Of a stretch of 64,000 nt of DNA, positions 33,845 through 44,177 are shown in pieces. Made by a program: the position numbers and the translations under genes. This stretch comes from an uncultured delta proteobacterium. Its GTDB lineage: Bacteria > Myxococcota_A > Polyangia > Polyangiales > Polyangiaceae. The notes under the pieces were generated by a model. The model had not been told where the DNA came from and ran no database searches. It was given only the letters and a program-made list of their open reading frames with translations. Location of the stretch: positions 352,001-416,000 of the forward strand of contig CAVQUB010000015.1 of the NCBI GenBank assembly GCA_963716725.1, in the 5' to 3' direction. Each line of letters begins with the position of its first letter. The stretch's first letter is position 1.

Positions 33845-34492
33845 ATGCGATATGGAGTGCTCGGTACAGGAACGGTCGGAGAGGCCATCGCCACCAAGCT
33901 CGTCAGCCTCGGCCACGAGGTGAAGATGGGCGCGCGCGACCCGAAGAACGAGAAGGCCGCCGTCTGGGTGGCCAAGCAGGGTGCGAAGGCGTCGCAGGGC
34001 ACCTTCGCCGACGCGGCCCGCTTCGGCGAGTTGCTGTTCAACTGCACGAGCGGCGCGGGCTCGCTCGACGCTCTGAAGGCGGCGGGGGAGGAGAACCTCT
34101 CGGGCAAGGTGCTGGTCGACATCTCCAACCCGCTCGACTTCTCCAAGGGCATGCCGCCCACGCTCTTCGTGTCCAACACCGACTCGCTGGGCGAGCAGAT
34201 CCAGCGCGCCTTCCCCAAGACGCACGTGGTCAAGACGCTCAACACGCTCAGCGCGCACCTGATGGTCGATCCGAAGAGCCTCGCCGGCGGCGATCACGAT
34301 CTCTTCATCAGCGGTAACGACGCGGACGCCAAGGGCAGGGTGAAGGAGCTGCTCGGGACCTTCGGTTGGAAGACCATCCACGATCTGGGCGACATCACCA
34401 CCGCCCGCGGGACGGAGTCCATCCTGCCCGTCTGGATTCGCCTCTGGGGCGCCCTCGGCGACGCCAACTTCAACCTCAAGATCGTGCGCTGA
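33845..34492 (+). CDS. NADPH-dependent F420 reductase-family oxidoreductase
   Basis: GVLGTGTVG, VDISNPL, VVKTLNT, ISGND; divergent from LysR. Confidence 0.88.
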   Translation: MRYGVLGTGTVGEAIATKLVSLGHEVKMGARDPKNEKAAVWVAKQGAKASQGTFADAARFGELLFNCTSGAGSLDALKAAGEENLSGKVLVDISNPLDFSKGMPPTLFVSNTDSLGEQIQRAFPKTHVVKTLNTLSAHLMVDPKSLAGGDHDLFISGNDADAKGRVKELLGTFGWKTIHDLGDITTARGTESILPVWIRLWGALGDANFNLKIVR

Positions 34493-34569
34493 AGCCCGGG
34501 CCGCGCGGGCGGCGGCCGACCTTCCGGCGGGCCCAGACGGCGGTCCCGAGCCATGGTTCCGCAGTTGGC

Positions 34570-35280
34570 TCAGCCCGCGTTGGCAGGCGGGCAAGGCAGG
34601 TCGCGACGCGTCCCCGGCTGCACGCCGTCGTTGACGTCGCTCAGACCGATGCTGCCCCGTGACCACAGCGTGCGCTCGACCATGGCGCGGAACACCGCAA
34701 GCAGCGCGCGTTCGACGTCCGGCCCCGCGTCGCCTTCCAAGATCCGGAGCGCGCGCGCGATCGCTTCGAGGGTCGAGAGGCCCGCTCGGTGCGCTTCGGC
34801 GCGCAAGCGATACATCGATGGCTCGCCGGTGGGCAGCGTGACGCAGGGCACGTTGCCCAGTCCCGCCACGCGCTGGCGCACTTTCGAGGCCTGTCGCCAG
34901 TTACCGTCCGGCACAATCAGCGTCACTGGGCGATCGTCATCCGGAATGCGCGCCAGTGAAGCGAGCGGCAGCGCGCCTTCGTGTGGAAAGAGCAACAGCG
35001 GCCGCGTGCGAGGGCTCCAAGTGAGCGCGTCGTCGGGAGCGCCCCTGCGACCGCGCACGATACACCCACTGTTGGGCAGCGCCTCGGTGGCGATCCGCCC
35101 GGAGTTGGTCGGCTTATGCAGCTCGCGGTGGTGCGCTACCAGCACGACGCGCGTCCGCGTGTGCAAGCTGGGAATGAGCGCACATACGCACAGACTCATG
35201 TGCATCTGACACCGCGCGCAGCGGCTGGCGCTGTTGGCTCGCCGGCTCATGGCACCGAGAGTAGCACCGAGTGTGGCCAT
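34570..35280 (-). CDS. DTW-domain tRNA-uridine aminocarboxypropyltransferase
   Basis: CARC...CVC, ELHKPTNSG, DGNWRQA, LSTLEAIA. Confidence 0.85.
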   Translation of the reverse strand: MATLGATLGAMSRRANSASRCARCQMHMSLCVCALIPSLHTRTRVVLVAHHRELHKPTNSGRIATEALPNSGCIVRGRRGAPDDALTWSPRTRPLLLFPHEGALPLASLARIPDDDRPVTLIVPDGNWRQASKVRQRVAGLGNVPCVTLPTGEPSMYRLRAEAHRAGLSTLEAIARALRILEGDAGPDVERALLAVFRAMVERTLWSRGSIGLSDVNDGVQPGTRRDLPCPPANAG

Positions 35281-35357
35281 GGGCGGCGGGTCCTGAGGAG
35301 CTCGACTCGGGGCGCACTCCCAAGCTGCACGCAGTGTTCATCGCCTCGGCGCAAGCG

Positions 35358-37427
35358 TTACTTGCCCAGTGCGCCCGCGAGCCCGGGCACGTGCGCCGCA
35401 CCGTCGGGCACCTGGATGCTGGAGCCTGCGAAGCCTTTGCCCAAGGGCTCCGCGTGTCCCTTCAAGCAGCCCGCCAGGAAGACCTCGGCCACCGCGTTGA
35501 AGCTGGTCCGGTTCTCGGGTCGCGCGAAGCCGTGCCCCTCGTCGGGGTAGAGCACGTACGTGACGGGGATCTTCTTCTGCTTCATCGCGGCCACGATCTG
35601 ATCGGACTCGGCCTGCTTGACCCGAGGGTCGTTGGCACCTTGGCCGATCAGCAGCGGGCGCTCGATCTTGGCGACGTGCGTCAAGGGCGAGCGCTCCGTC
35701 AGCAGTTTCTTGCCGGCGTCGGTGCGCATGTCGCCGACTCGCGTCAGGAACTCTTCCTTGAATGACTCCCAGTAGGGCGGGATCGACTCGAACAAGGTGT
35801 TCAGGTTCGAGGGCCCCACGATGTCCACGCCGCAGGCGAAGCTCTTGGGAGTGAAGGTGAGGCCGACCAGGGTGGCGTAACCGCCGTAGCTGCCGCCCAT
35901 GATGGCGACTTGATCTTGCCGAGTGACGCCGTGATCGACCGCCCACTTGACCGCATCGATCAGATCGTCGTGCATCTTGCCGGCCCACTCGAGATTGGAG
36001 GCGTTCACGAAGGCCTTTCCGAAGCCGGTCGACCCGCGATAGTTGACGCTGAGCACCGCATAGCCGCGATCAGCGAGCCACTGGTGATACGGGTGATAGC
36101 CCCAGCGGTCCCGCGCCCAGGGGCCGCCGTGCACGAAGAGCACCAGCGGGCTGGTCTTGTCGGCGCGCTCGGAGGCGTCCAGGCTGCGCTCGCGGGGCAG
36201 GGTGAGATAGCTCGGCAGCGCCAGGCCGTCGCGGGCCGCGATCAGCGCCGGGTGCATTCTGGCGAGCTGGTACTTGTCGAGCTCCGGCCGCTCGTTCATC
36301 AAGAGCCTGGCGCGCTTGGCTTTGCGATCCCACAGGTAGTAGCGGGTGGCCGAGGTATCGAGGGAGTAGGCGACGATCCAGCGTTGATCGTCCAGGGATT
36401 GACTGGTCACCTGAAAATCGCCCGGCGCGACGTCTTCGAGCGCGTCGAAGTCGGCCTTGATGCTCGGATCGATGACGGTCCACTCTTGGCGCAGCTGTTC
36501 GCTCGAGGCTGCCCGGGGCTTGTGCGTCAGCGGGTGGGTGAAGACGCCGAGCACGTCGGCCTTGGCGCTTTCTGCGAGGACCGTGGTCTTCTTGCCGGGC
36601 AACTCGACGCGTTCGAGCACGCTCTTGTCGCGGCCGACGCTGGTGGTCCAGTAGAGTTCTTTCCCGCTGCTGTCGAGGGTGACCAGGTTGGTATTGCGAG
36701 TGTCTTCGAAGGGGATCGACGCGTACTTCAGCCAGCGCTTGCCCTGCTTCTGGAGCATCGAGTAGCCGCCGCCCTTGGCGCTCTCGAGGGCGAAGCGCAG
36801 CGCCAGCTCGCTATCCGCGAGGTAGCTGGCCTTGCCCTCGTTCTTCTCGACCATCGTGAGCTTGCCCGTGGTGAGGTCGACGCGGTGCACGTCGTGCCAT
36901 TTCTTGTCGCGGTCGTTGATGCCGACCAGCAGCTCTTTGGGTTTCTTGGGGCTGGCCTGGACGATGCGCGCCTGCACGCCCTTGATCGGGGTCAGATCCC
37001 GCGCCTGATTGGTGGCGAGATCGACGCTGTACACGTGCCAGTTCTCGTCGCCGCCCTCGTCTTGGGCGTAGAGCACGTGGCCGTTGGTGTAGGCCCAAGC
37101 GTGCATGCGGATGCCGCGCTTCTTGTCGGTCGTGACGGGCTTGGCCTTCGCGAGATCGTCGACGGGCCCGACCCAGACGTTGAGCACGCCGTCGACCGGA
37201 GCGAGGAACGAGAGCTGCTTGCCGTCCGGGCTGATCCGCGGGCTGGTGCGCTCCGGGTTGCCGAAGAACACGTCGCGGGGGATGAGCTTGGGCGCCGGGG
37301 TCGCGACCGCAGGCGGCGGAGCGGGCGGAGAGGGCGCGGCGGGAACGGGCGCTTCCGCGGCCGGCGGCGCGCCGCAGGCGGACAGCGCGAGCAGGGTGGT
37401 CAGGGCAAACGCAGGGTGACGCGACAT
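35358..37427 (-). CDS. S9 family peptidase, lipoprotein
   Basis: Lipobox LSAC; VHGGPW, GGSYGGY, DPRV, YPDEGHGF. Confidence 0.93.
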   Translation of the reverse strand: MSRHPAFALTTLLALSACGAPPAAEAPVPAAPSPPAPPPAVATPAPKLIPRDVFFGNPERTSPRISPDGKQLSFLAPVDGVLNVWVGPVDDLAKAKPVTTDKKRGIRMHAWAYTNGHVLYAQDEGGDENWHVYSVDLATNQARDLTPIKGVQARIVQASPKKPKELLVGINDRDKKWHDVHRVDLTTGKLTMVEKNEGKASYLADSELALRFALESAKGGGYSMLQKQGKRWLKYASIPFEDTRNTNLVTLDSSGKELYWTTSVGRDKSVLERVELPGKKTTVLAESAKADVLGVFTHPLTHKPRAASSEQLRQEWTVIDPSIKADFDALEDVAPGDFQVTSQSLDDQRWIVAYSLDTSATRYYLWDRKAKRARLLMNERPELDKYQLARMHPALIAARDGLALPSYLTLPRERSLDASERADKTSPLVLFVHGGPWARDRWGYHPYHQWLADRGYAVLSVNYRGSTGFGKAFVNASNLEWAGKMHDDLIDAVKWAVDHGVTRQDQVAIMGGSYGGYATLVGLTFTPKSFACGVDIVGPSNLNTLFESIPPYWESFKEEFLTRVGDMRTDAGKKLLTERSPLTHVAKIERPLLIGQGANDPRVKQAESDQIVAAMKQKKIPVTYVLYPDEGHGFARPENRTSFNAVAEVFLAGCLKGHAEPLGKGFAGSSIQVPDGAAHVPGLAGALGK

Positions 37428-37538
37428 GGGCGCGACGATGCGACGGTGTCGGCTGTGCGTCGAGGGGGAGCATGGGCCAACTCCCAGGCGATTTGCTTGT
37501 TGGGCCGGGCAGCGCTACGAGTGCCGCAGGAGGTCCTG

Positions 37539-38309
37539 ATGCGAGCGATCCATGTCTTGGCTTGGTGTGCGGTGGGCACGGTGGCGGTCGGCGCATGCGG
37601 TGGGCGGACCATGGGTGGGGACGACGGCGGCACCGGCGGCACGAGCGGTGGCGGCAGCGGCGGCAGCGGCGCCTTCGGTGGATCCATGGGCGGCGCGGCC
37701 GGCGGCGGCATGGCCGGCATGGCTGGCGGTGGCATGGCGGGTGCGGCCGGCGGCGGCATGGGTGGAGTGTCCGGCGATGGCGGCATGCCCGGCGGGGGCG
37801 GCATGCCCGGCGGGGGCGGCATGCCCGGCGGAGGCGGCATGCCCGGCGGAGGCGGGTCGACGTCGATCTGGCAGAAGGTCGACAAGGTCTGCGCCGCCAT
37901 CAGCAAGCTGCCGTGCAAGCTCCAGAACTGCTTCGGTGAGCTCGCGGACTCGGTGAAGATGGCCGAGAGCGAGGGTTGCGGCGGCGAGCTCGAAGACATC
38001 CTCGACTGCGCGCTCAAGTACCCGTTGATCTGCAAGGGCGGTGAGCCGGTGCTTCCCCCGCAGTGCGACAAGGCGCAGTACTACTTCGAGGAGTGCATCG
38101 GCAGCGGTCCCGGCTGCGACAGTTGGGGCTCGAGCGATGGCAGCTGCGGCATGTCGTGCAACTACTTCGACGTGTCGTGCAAGCCGCTGCCGAACGGCGG
38201 CCTTCAGTGCGTATGCGACACGGGGCCATCCAAGGGCAAGCTGTTCAAGATCGGGGGCTCGTGTGGCTCACCGAACTTCGAAAACGCCGTGACGAACTTC
38301 TGCGGTTGA
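37539..38309 (+). CDS. Gly/Met-linker Cys-rich lipoprotein
   Basis: Lipobox VGAC; GGMPGG repeats; Cys-rich C-terminus. Confidence 0.72.
   Translation: MRAIHVLAWCAVGTVAVGACGGRTMGGDDGGTGGTSGGGSGGSGAFGGSMGGAAGGGMAGMAGGGMAGAAGGGMGGVSGDGGMPGGGGMPGGGGMPGGGGMPGGGGSTSIWQKVDKVCAAISKLPCKLQNCFGELADSVKMAESEGCGGELEDILDCALKYPLICKGGEPVLPPQCDKAQYYFEECIGSGPGCDSWGSSDGSCGMSCNYFDVSCKPLPNGGLQCVCDTGPSKGKLFKIGGSCGSPNFENAVTNFCG
37779..37850 (+). repeat. Coding tandem repeat, 18 bp x4 (GGMPGG)
   Basis: GGCGGCATGCCCGGCGGR four times. Confidence 0.85.
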
Positions 38310-38315
38310 GCGAGA

Positions 38316-39925
38316 TCAGCGTCGGCGCCGTCGCGAGGCGCCGAAGAGCGCCAAGATGGCCAGGGCCGTGAGGCTCGCGCCGCGCTGGCCGCCTGCGGTT
38401 CGACAGCCGCAGCCGTCGTCTTCGGCGGGAGTGGTCCCGGGCAGGTTGCCGGTGCCGCCGAGGGATCCGCCATCTTTGGCGCCGGCTCCGCCGCCGCCGC
38501 TGGCCGCGCTGCCGCCTCCGGATCCGCCGATCACGATGCCTCCGTCGCCGCTCGAGCCGCCGCTGCCGGTGCCCGCGTCGGTGTCGATCAGACATTGCCC
38601 TCCGCTGCAGGCCTGGCCCTTGGGGCAGATCGCACCCTGGCAGTCGTCCACGCAGGTGCCGGCCACGCAGTGAGTGCCCGCAGCGCAGCTCTGGGCGCTG
38701 CAGCCTGAGTCTTCGCATTTGCCGCTGGCGCTGACGCACTCCTTGCCCGCGGGGCAGGCGTCGCAGCCGCACTTCACCTTGCACACGCCGTCGATGCAGA
38801 CGAAGTCCGAATCGCACTTCACGGCCGCGCAGGGATCAGCACACACGCCCTCGACGCACTTCTGCCCGAAGGGACAGCTGACCCCGTCGCAGGCGCCTTG
38901 GCACTGACCGCCGACGCACACCTCGCCGGAGTTGCAGGTCACCGTCTCGCAGGCCGGATCGATGCACAGGCCGTCTTTGCACTTCAGGCCGCCGAAACAC
39001 TGAAACTCCGTCGTGCCGCACTTCGGCACGCAGGTGCCCTTGTGACAGATCTGACTGGGTGGACACAGATCTCCCTCGTCGGTCTGCCCGTTGCAGTCGT
39101 CGTCGAGGGCGTTGCAGCTCTCGGTGGTGGGCTGCCAGGTCTGCACGCACTCGAGCTTGCCGTTCTGGCACTGCATGATGCCGTTCTCGCACTTGCCCTG
39201 CTTTCCGGCCACTTTGCAGGGGTCACCGCCGCCCGAACACTGGATACCGTCCACTCGCGTGAGCAGATCGTCGAAGTCGTTGTCCCCGCCCGAGAGAGTA
39301 TCTTCCCAGCCAAAGTAGAACGAGTTCTTGTGCGCGACGCTGTTGTAAGTGATGAGGTGGACCCAGCTGTTCGGCCCGGTGTTGTCGGGGTTGTACGCTC
39401 GCTCCGAGTAGTAGATGTAGCCGACGGTTCCCGCGACCGGGCCGCCGCCGGGGTTGAATTGCGGACAGTTGCCGCTCGCGCCCTGGGGCGACGCCATGAA
39501 GAAGCCAATCTCGCCGCCCTTGTAGTGGGGGCTGGCCTTGATGCTGAGCACCTTCACCGTGCCCGGTCCGTCGCTGCATTCCAGGAAGGAGTGAGATCCG
39601 AGTTCGGGGGCTTCTGCCCGGCGACGACGTTGTACCAACCGAAGGTGTTCTTGTAGCCGGCGCCGCGCGCGATGACCTTGAAGGTCAGGCTACAGATGGG
39701 CGTGTAGGTCTCGGGCGTGACGGCTGCGGCCGTGAGCGCGTTGATGGTGGCGCTGCCTTCCTCGGCGTTGAGGCAGATCTGCACGTTCTTGTCGCTACAG
39801 GTGGTGACGCTGCCATCGAGCACAGGGATGGTGGTGCCGTTGGCCTGCTGCAGCGCCGCCGCATTGGGCGCCAGGCCAATCATCAGCAGTCCGAAGGGTA
39901 GGCCCGAAGCAATTCGCCCTCGCAT
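38316..39925 (-). CDS. DUF4114-like, Cys-rich surface protein with MYXO-CTERM (indel near 39594)
   Basis: GYKNTFGWYN, FGWED...GDNDFDDL, CNALDDDCNG, C-terminal GCGC-TM-RRRRR. Confidence 0.8.
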
Positions 39926-40028
39926 GGACAAATGATGAGGGCAGGGGAGGCGCGGCTCAAGTCCGGACTTGTGCGCCGGAGCCGCCGGCGCGCTTGACCC
40001 CTCCGGGTCCCGCGGGCATTTCCCATCC

Positions 40029-41183
40029 ATGACAGCCAAGAGCTACGACGTCGTCCTCCTGCCGGGGGACGGCATCGGTCGTGAGATCGCGGTGCAGGCA
40101 CGTCGGGTGCTCGAGCGAGTGGGGCGCCGATTCGACCTGCGCTTCGCCATCGATGAAATCCCCTGTGGTGGGCAATATTTCCTCGAGCACGCCCGAGACT
40201 GGCCCGAAGGCTCCGAAGAGCGCTGCAGCAAAGCCGACGTGATCTTGCTGGGCGCCGTCGGCTGGCCTTCACCCAGCGGCAAAGGTCCCGTGATGATGCC
40301 CAACGGGCACATGGCGGGGTACTCGGCGGTGCTCGGCAATCGATCGCGCCTCGATCTCTACGCCAACATCCGCCCCGTGAAGTTGTACGAAGGCGTGCAG
40401 CATCGCATCTCGGGCCGCCACCAGCAGGTGTGGCGACCGGCCGACGTGGACATGGTGTTCGTGCGCGAGAACACCGAGGGCCTCTATTCCGGCATGGGCG
40501 GCACCCTGAGCCCTGGCGGGCGCTCGACCGTGGCGACCGACGTTCGGGTCATTACCCGCACCGCCTCCGAGCGAGTGATCCGCATGGCCTTCGAGCTGTC
40601 GAAGAAGCGCAACGGTGCGCCGAAGGACAAAAAGCGTCGCGTCACGGTGCTGGTGAAGAACAACGTGCTCAACGGTTGCCGTCTGTTCGCCGAGGTCTTT
40701 GACGAGATCGGCCGCGACTACCCCGAGATCGAGAAGGACGTCGCCATCGTCGACGCTTTCACGCAATGGCTGCTCGGACAGCCCGAGTATTACGACGTGG
40801 TGGTGTCCACCAACATGTTCGGGGACATCGTGACGGATCTCGCCTCGGTGCTCCAAGGTGGCATGGGGCTGGCCGTGGGCTGCAACGTCGGCGACCGGCA
40901 CGCGATGTTCGAGCCGATCCACGGCTCCGCACCCAAGCACGCGGGGCAGGACAAGGCCAACCCCATGGCGATGATCCTGTCCACCGGCGAGGCCCTGCGC
41001 TGGCTCGGCGCCCAGCGCAACGATCCGAGCCTGGTCCGCGGCGGCGACGCCATCGAGGCCGCGGTGCGCGCGGTGGTTGCGACCGGCAAGTCGCTCACCT
41101 ACGACCTGGTTGGAGCGGATCGGGCCGCGAAGATGTCCGAGACCACCAGCGCGATCCTGACCGAGATCGACGCGCAGCTATGA
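40029..41183 (+). CDS. Isocitrate/isopropylmalate/tartrate dehydrogenase family protein
   Basis: PGDGIGRE, LYANIRP, RENTEGLY, NMFGDIVTD, FEPIHGSAP. Confidence 0.9.
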   Translation: MTAKSYDVVLLPGDGIGREIAVQARRVLERVGRRFDLRFAIDEIPCGGQYFLEHARDWPEGSEERCSKADVILLGAVGWPSPSGKGPVMMPNGHMAGYSAVLGNRSRLDLYANIRPVKLYEGVQHRISGRHQQVWRPADVDMVFVRENTEGLYSGMGGTLSPGGRSTVATDVRVITRTASERVIRMAFELSKKRNGAPKDKKRRVTVLVKNNVLNGCRLFAEVFDEIGRDYPEIEKDVAIVDAFTQWLLGQPEYYDVVVSTNMFGDIVTDLASVLQGGMGLAVGCNVGDRHAMFEPIHGSAPKHAGQDKANPMAMILSTGEALRWLGAQRNDPSLVRGGDAIEAAVRAVVATGKSLTYDLVGADRAAKMSETTSAILTEIDAQL

Positions 41184-41220
41184 CTCGCGCCTTGGCGCTG
41201 CGATCGAACACTCCGTCGCC

Positions 41221-42471
41221 GTGGACAACCTGACCCACATCCTCGCGGGGCTCATCGCTGCCGAGGTCGTGACGCGGGTGCGCGCGCGCAAGCTCGAACC
41301 GCGCACCGAGTGGGTGCGAGCGGCGTACTTTGCCAGCGCGCTTGCCAACAACGTGCCCGATCTGGACTTCGCCTACGTCGGCATCAGCGGCCAGAAGCTC
41401 GGCTACCTACTCCACCACCGCGGTCACACTCACACGCTGCTCGGGGGAGTGCCGCTCGGCCTCGTCGCGCTCGCGCTGGTCTACGCCTGGGCGCGGCGCC
41501 GCAAGCACGCCTTCGACCGCGCGGACTGGCTCTGGCTCGGGGCGCTCTCGCTCTTCGGCCCGCTGCTCCACCTGTTCATGGACTCCTGGAACAGCTATGG
41601 GGTGCACCCCTTCTGGCCCTTCGACAACCGCTGGTTTTACGGGGACCGCGTCTTCATCGTCGAGCCCCTGTTTTGGGCGGCGGCCCTGCCGTCGCTGTTC
41701 TTGGCGGCCGGCTCCCGGGGCGGCAAGACCGCGCTGGCTTTGTGGCTGAGCCTCACCGTGCTGCTGCCTTTCGTGAGTCGCATGGTGCCGCTGGCGATCT
41801 GCGTCTTCGTCCTGGTCTGGGTGGTGGGTGCTCTCGCGCTGCTCGCGCGGGCGACCGCCGCCCGCCGAGTCGCGGTCGCGTTGGGCAGCACCCTGGCAGT
41901 GCTGGCGGTGTTTGGCCTGGCCAAGCCGCAGGCGGAGGCCAAGGCGCGCGCGCGGCTCGCGGCGCAGTATCCCGATGAAACGTTGCACGACCTGGTGCTC
42001 AGCCCCAATCCAGCGAACCCTGCCTGCTTCCAGTTCTTGGCGGTGCAGACCGGCCCCGCGGGCAGCTACGCGCTCCGTAGCGGTCGGCTCTCGCTCGTCC
42101 CCGCGCTCATCGCCGCCGACGCCTGCCAGATGCGCGCTGGTTCGCCCACCGCACCGCTCCGAGCCGTCGCCGCCACGAACACCCGCGACGTAGTGATCGA
42201 GCGCGAGTTCGTCGCGAGCGTGTCGGAGCTCCAGAGCCTGGCGCGGCAGAGCTGCGAAGTGGCGGCTTTCTTGCGCTTCTCGCGGGCGCCGTTCTGGACC
42301 GACCAGCCCGGGACGGGGCTGATTGTCGGCGATCTGCGCTACGATCGCGAGCCCGGGATCGGATTTGCGGAGCTGGTCGCGGAGCGCACGCCGCGCACCT
42401 GCCCGAGCTTTGTCCCGCCCTGGGATCCGCCGCGCAGCGACGTGCTCGCGCTGCCGGCATCGGGGCCGTGA
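41221..42471 (+). CDS. Membrane metal-dependent hydrolase (YdjM/LexA-regulated-like)
   Basis: DNLTH, PDLD, HHRGHTH, HLFMDSWNSYG. Confidence 0.85.
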   Translation: MDNLTHILAGLIAAEVVTRVRARKLEPRTEWVRAAYFASALANNVPDLDFAYVGISGQKLGYLLHHRGHTHTLLGGVPLGLVALALVYAWARRRKHAFDRADWLWLGALSLFGPLLHLFMDSWNSYGVHPFWPFDNRWFYGDRVFIVEPLFWAAALPSLFLAAGSRGGKTALALWLSLTVLLPFVSRMVPLAICVFVLVWVVGALALLARATAARRVAVALGSTLAVLAVFGLAKPQAEAKARARLAAQYPDETLHDLVLSPNPANPACFQFLAVQTGPAGSYALRSGRLSLVPALIAADACQMRAGSPTAPLRAVAATNTRDVVIEREFVASVSELQSLARQSCEVAAFLRFSRAPFWTDQPGTGLIVGDLRYDREPGIGFAELVAERTPRTCPSFVPPWDPPRSDVLALPASGP

Positions 42472-42640
42472 GCTCGAGATTTCGAGCTGGTGAAAGGCCT
42501 CCGCCAGCGCGGGGGCGTCGCCGTCTCCAGTGCAAGGCTGCGCGCCCCGGTCCTGACCGGCGATAGATGGGCCAGATCGTCCCGTTGTCTGCGAATGCTG
42601 ACTTGCGCTGACCCCTCGGCGGCGGCTACTGGTGGTGATC

Positions 42641-44140
42641 ATGGAGAAGTTCATTCTTGCCAGCGCGGTGCTGTTGCTCGGTGCATGCGGGTCGTCGGGG
42701 GGCGGCGGCGCGGGAACCGGAGGCGCGGGAACCGGAGGCACGGGAACCGGAGGCGGCTACGGGGGCGCGGCGGGTGCGGGCGCCGGCGGATCGGGCGGTA
42801 CTGCGGGCACCGCCGGCACTGGTGGGTTCGCCGGGTCCGGCGGGCAAGGTGGTGGCGGCGGCGCTGCGGCAACCAAGTTCAAGCGTATCGGACGGATGGC
42901 GGCGCCAGGCGCGCTCGGTTCCGTGGAGGTCGGGTTCGGCATCGACGCCGCGGCCAACTGCGTCGTGTTCACCAACAATGCCCACGCCGCGCTGGTGGGC
43001 AGCGAAGACGGGCTCGGATTCAACAGTCAGGTGTATCACCTCGACGTTGCGAGCGGCGCCATCACCCGCGTGAGCGTGGACAACAGCGGCAAGCCCCAAC
43101 CGGGGAGCGGCAAGCCGGACAGCTACTCCCAGTGGTTCTCCGGCGGATCCGGGATGCGCGTGGTGACCTCCGACTGTTCCCGAGTCGTGTTCACCAGTCG
43201 CGCCGGGCTCGAAGGCGGACCAGCTAACACCACCGTCGGCTACATCCGGGATCTGAAGAGCAAGACCACGTCAGTGGCGAGCTTCCCCGACAGCTCATCC
43301 CCTGGCATCGTGATCAGCCACAGCGGCGCGGCGGTGTTCGTGGACTACAAAGAGGGGCGTCCCAACGGACCGCCGTGGACGGCCCCGATAGAACTCTGGA
43401 CTTCGGATCCGACGCCGGGCAATCGAAGCTGGCTGTCGTGGGCTCCCCCTGGTGGAGCGCCGGTCAGCGCCGGCGCGACTACGCCTCAGCTTTCTGACTC
43501 CGGCGCCTGGCTGCTCGCGCGATTGATCGGAACCACGCTCTGCAATGGGGCTCCAAACTGCGTCGTTCGGCGCGAGATGGCGACGGGCAAGTGGGACTTC
43601 GTCGCGACTCGCACCGACGGGAAGCCCGCATCGAGCTCGGGTGCGGCGAGGTACGCCCTCGCTGGTGACGGCATGTCGCTGGTGATGAGTTCGCCGGACG
43701 ACCTGCTGAACGACGGCAAGGACACGACCGGCAAGACCCACGTCTACTACATCGACTTGGTCAGCAAGGGCGTCCGGGTTCTCAACCAGAAGCAGGACGG
43801 TACCTTCGCTTCGGGAGTGACCACCGTGGATATCAATGGCGACGGTCGCTACACCGTCTTCGTGGCGGATGACTCCCTGATCGGCTTGCCGGGCGGCTCC
43901 GGGTTGTTCCGCTACGACGCGAAGCTCGACAAGTTGGAGGCGCTGCACCTTGACGCCAATGGAAAGCCCATCGTCGGTCCTGGCACGAACCCCCCGCGGC
44001 CGTCGTTCCTCTTCCCCCGAATCAGCACCGACGGCCAACGCATCATCGTCATGGCAAAAGAGTGGCCGGGCACCAGCCACGGATTGAGTCCGACCCCGGC
44101 CGACGACAAGGACACCGGGTTCTACCTCTGGGAAGAGTGA
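42641..44140 (+). CDS. Lipoprotein with TolB-like beta-propeller
   Basis: Lipobox LGAC, Gly linker, ITRVSVDNSG, INGDGRYTVF and ISTDGQR repeats. Confidence 0.7.
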   Translation: MEKFILASAVLLLGACGSSGGGGAGTGGAGTGGTGTGGGYGGAAGAGAGGSGGTAGTAGTGGFAGSGGQGGGGGAAATKFKRIGRMAAPGALGSVEVGFGIDAAANCVVFTNNAHAALVGSEDGLGFNSQVYHLDVASGAITRVSVDNSGKPQPGSGKPDSYSQWFSGGSGMRVVTSDCSRVVFTSRAGLEGGPANTTVGYIRDLKSKTTSVASFPDSSSPGIVISHSGAAVFVDYKEGRPNGPPWTAPIELWTSDPTPGNRSWLSWAPPGGAPVSAGATTPQLSDSGAWLLARLIGTTLCNGAPNCVVRREMATGKWDFVATRTDGKPASSSGAARYALAGDGMSLVMSSPDDLLNDGKDTTGKTHVYYIDLVSKGVRVLNQKQDGTFASGVTTVDINGDGRYTVFVADDSLIGLPGGSGLFRYDAKLDKLEALHLDANGKPIVGPGTNPPRPSFLFPRISTDGQRIIVMAKEWPGTSHGLSPTPADDKDTGFYLWEE

Positions 44141-44177
44141 CGCGCTGGCTCGAGGGACCGCTTCGCCGCCCCTGATC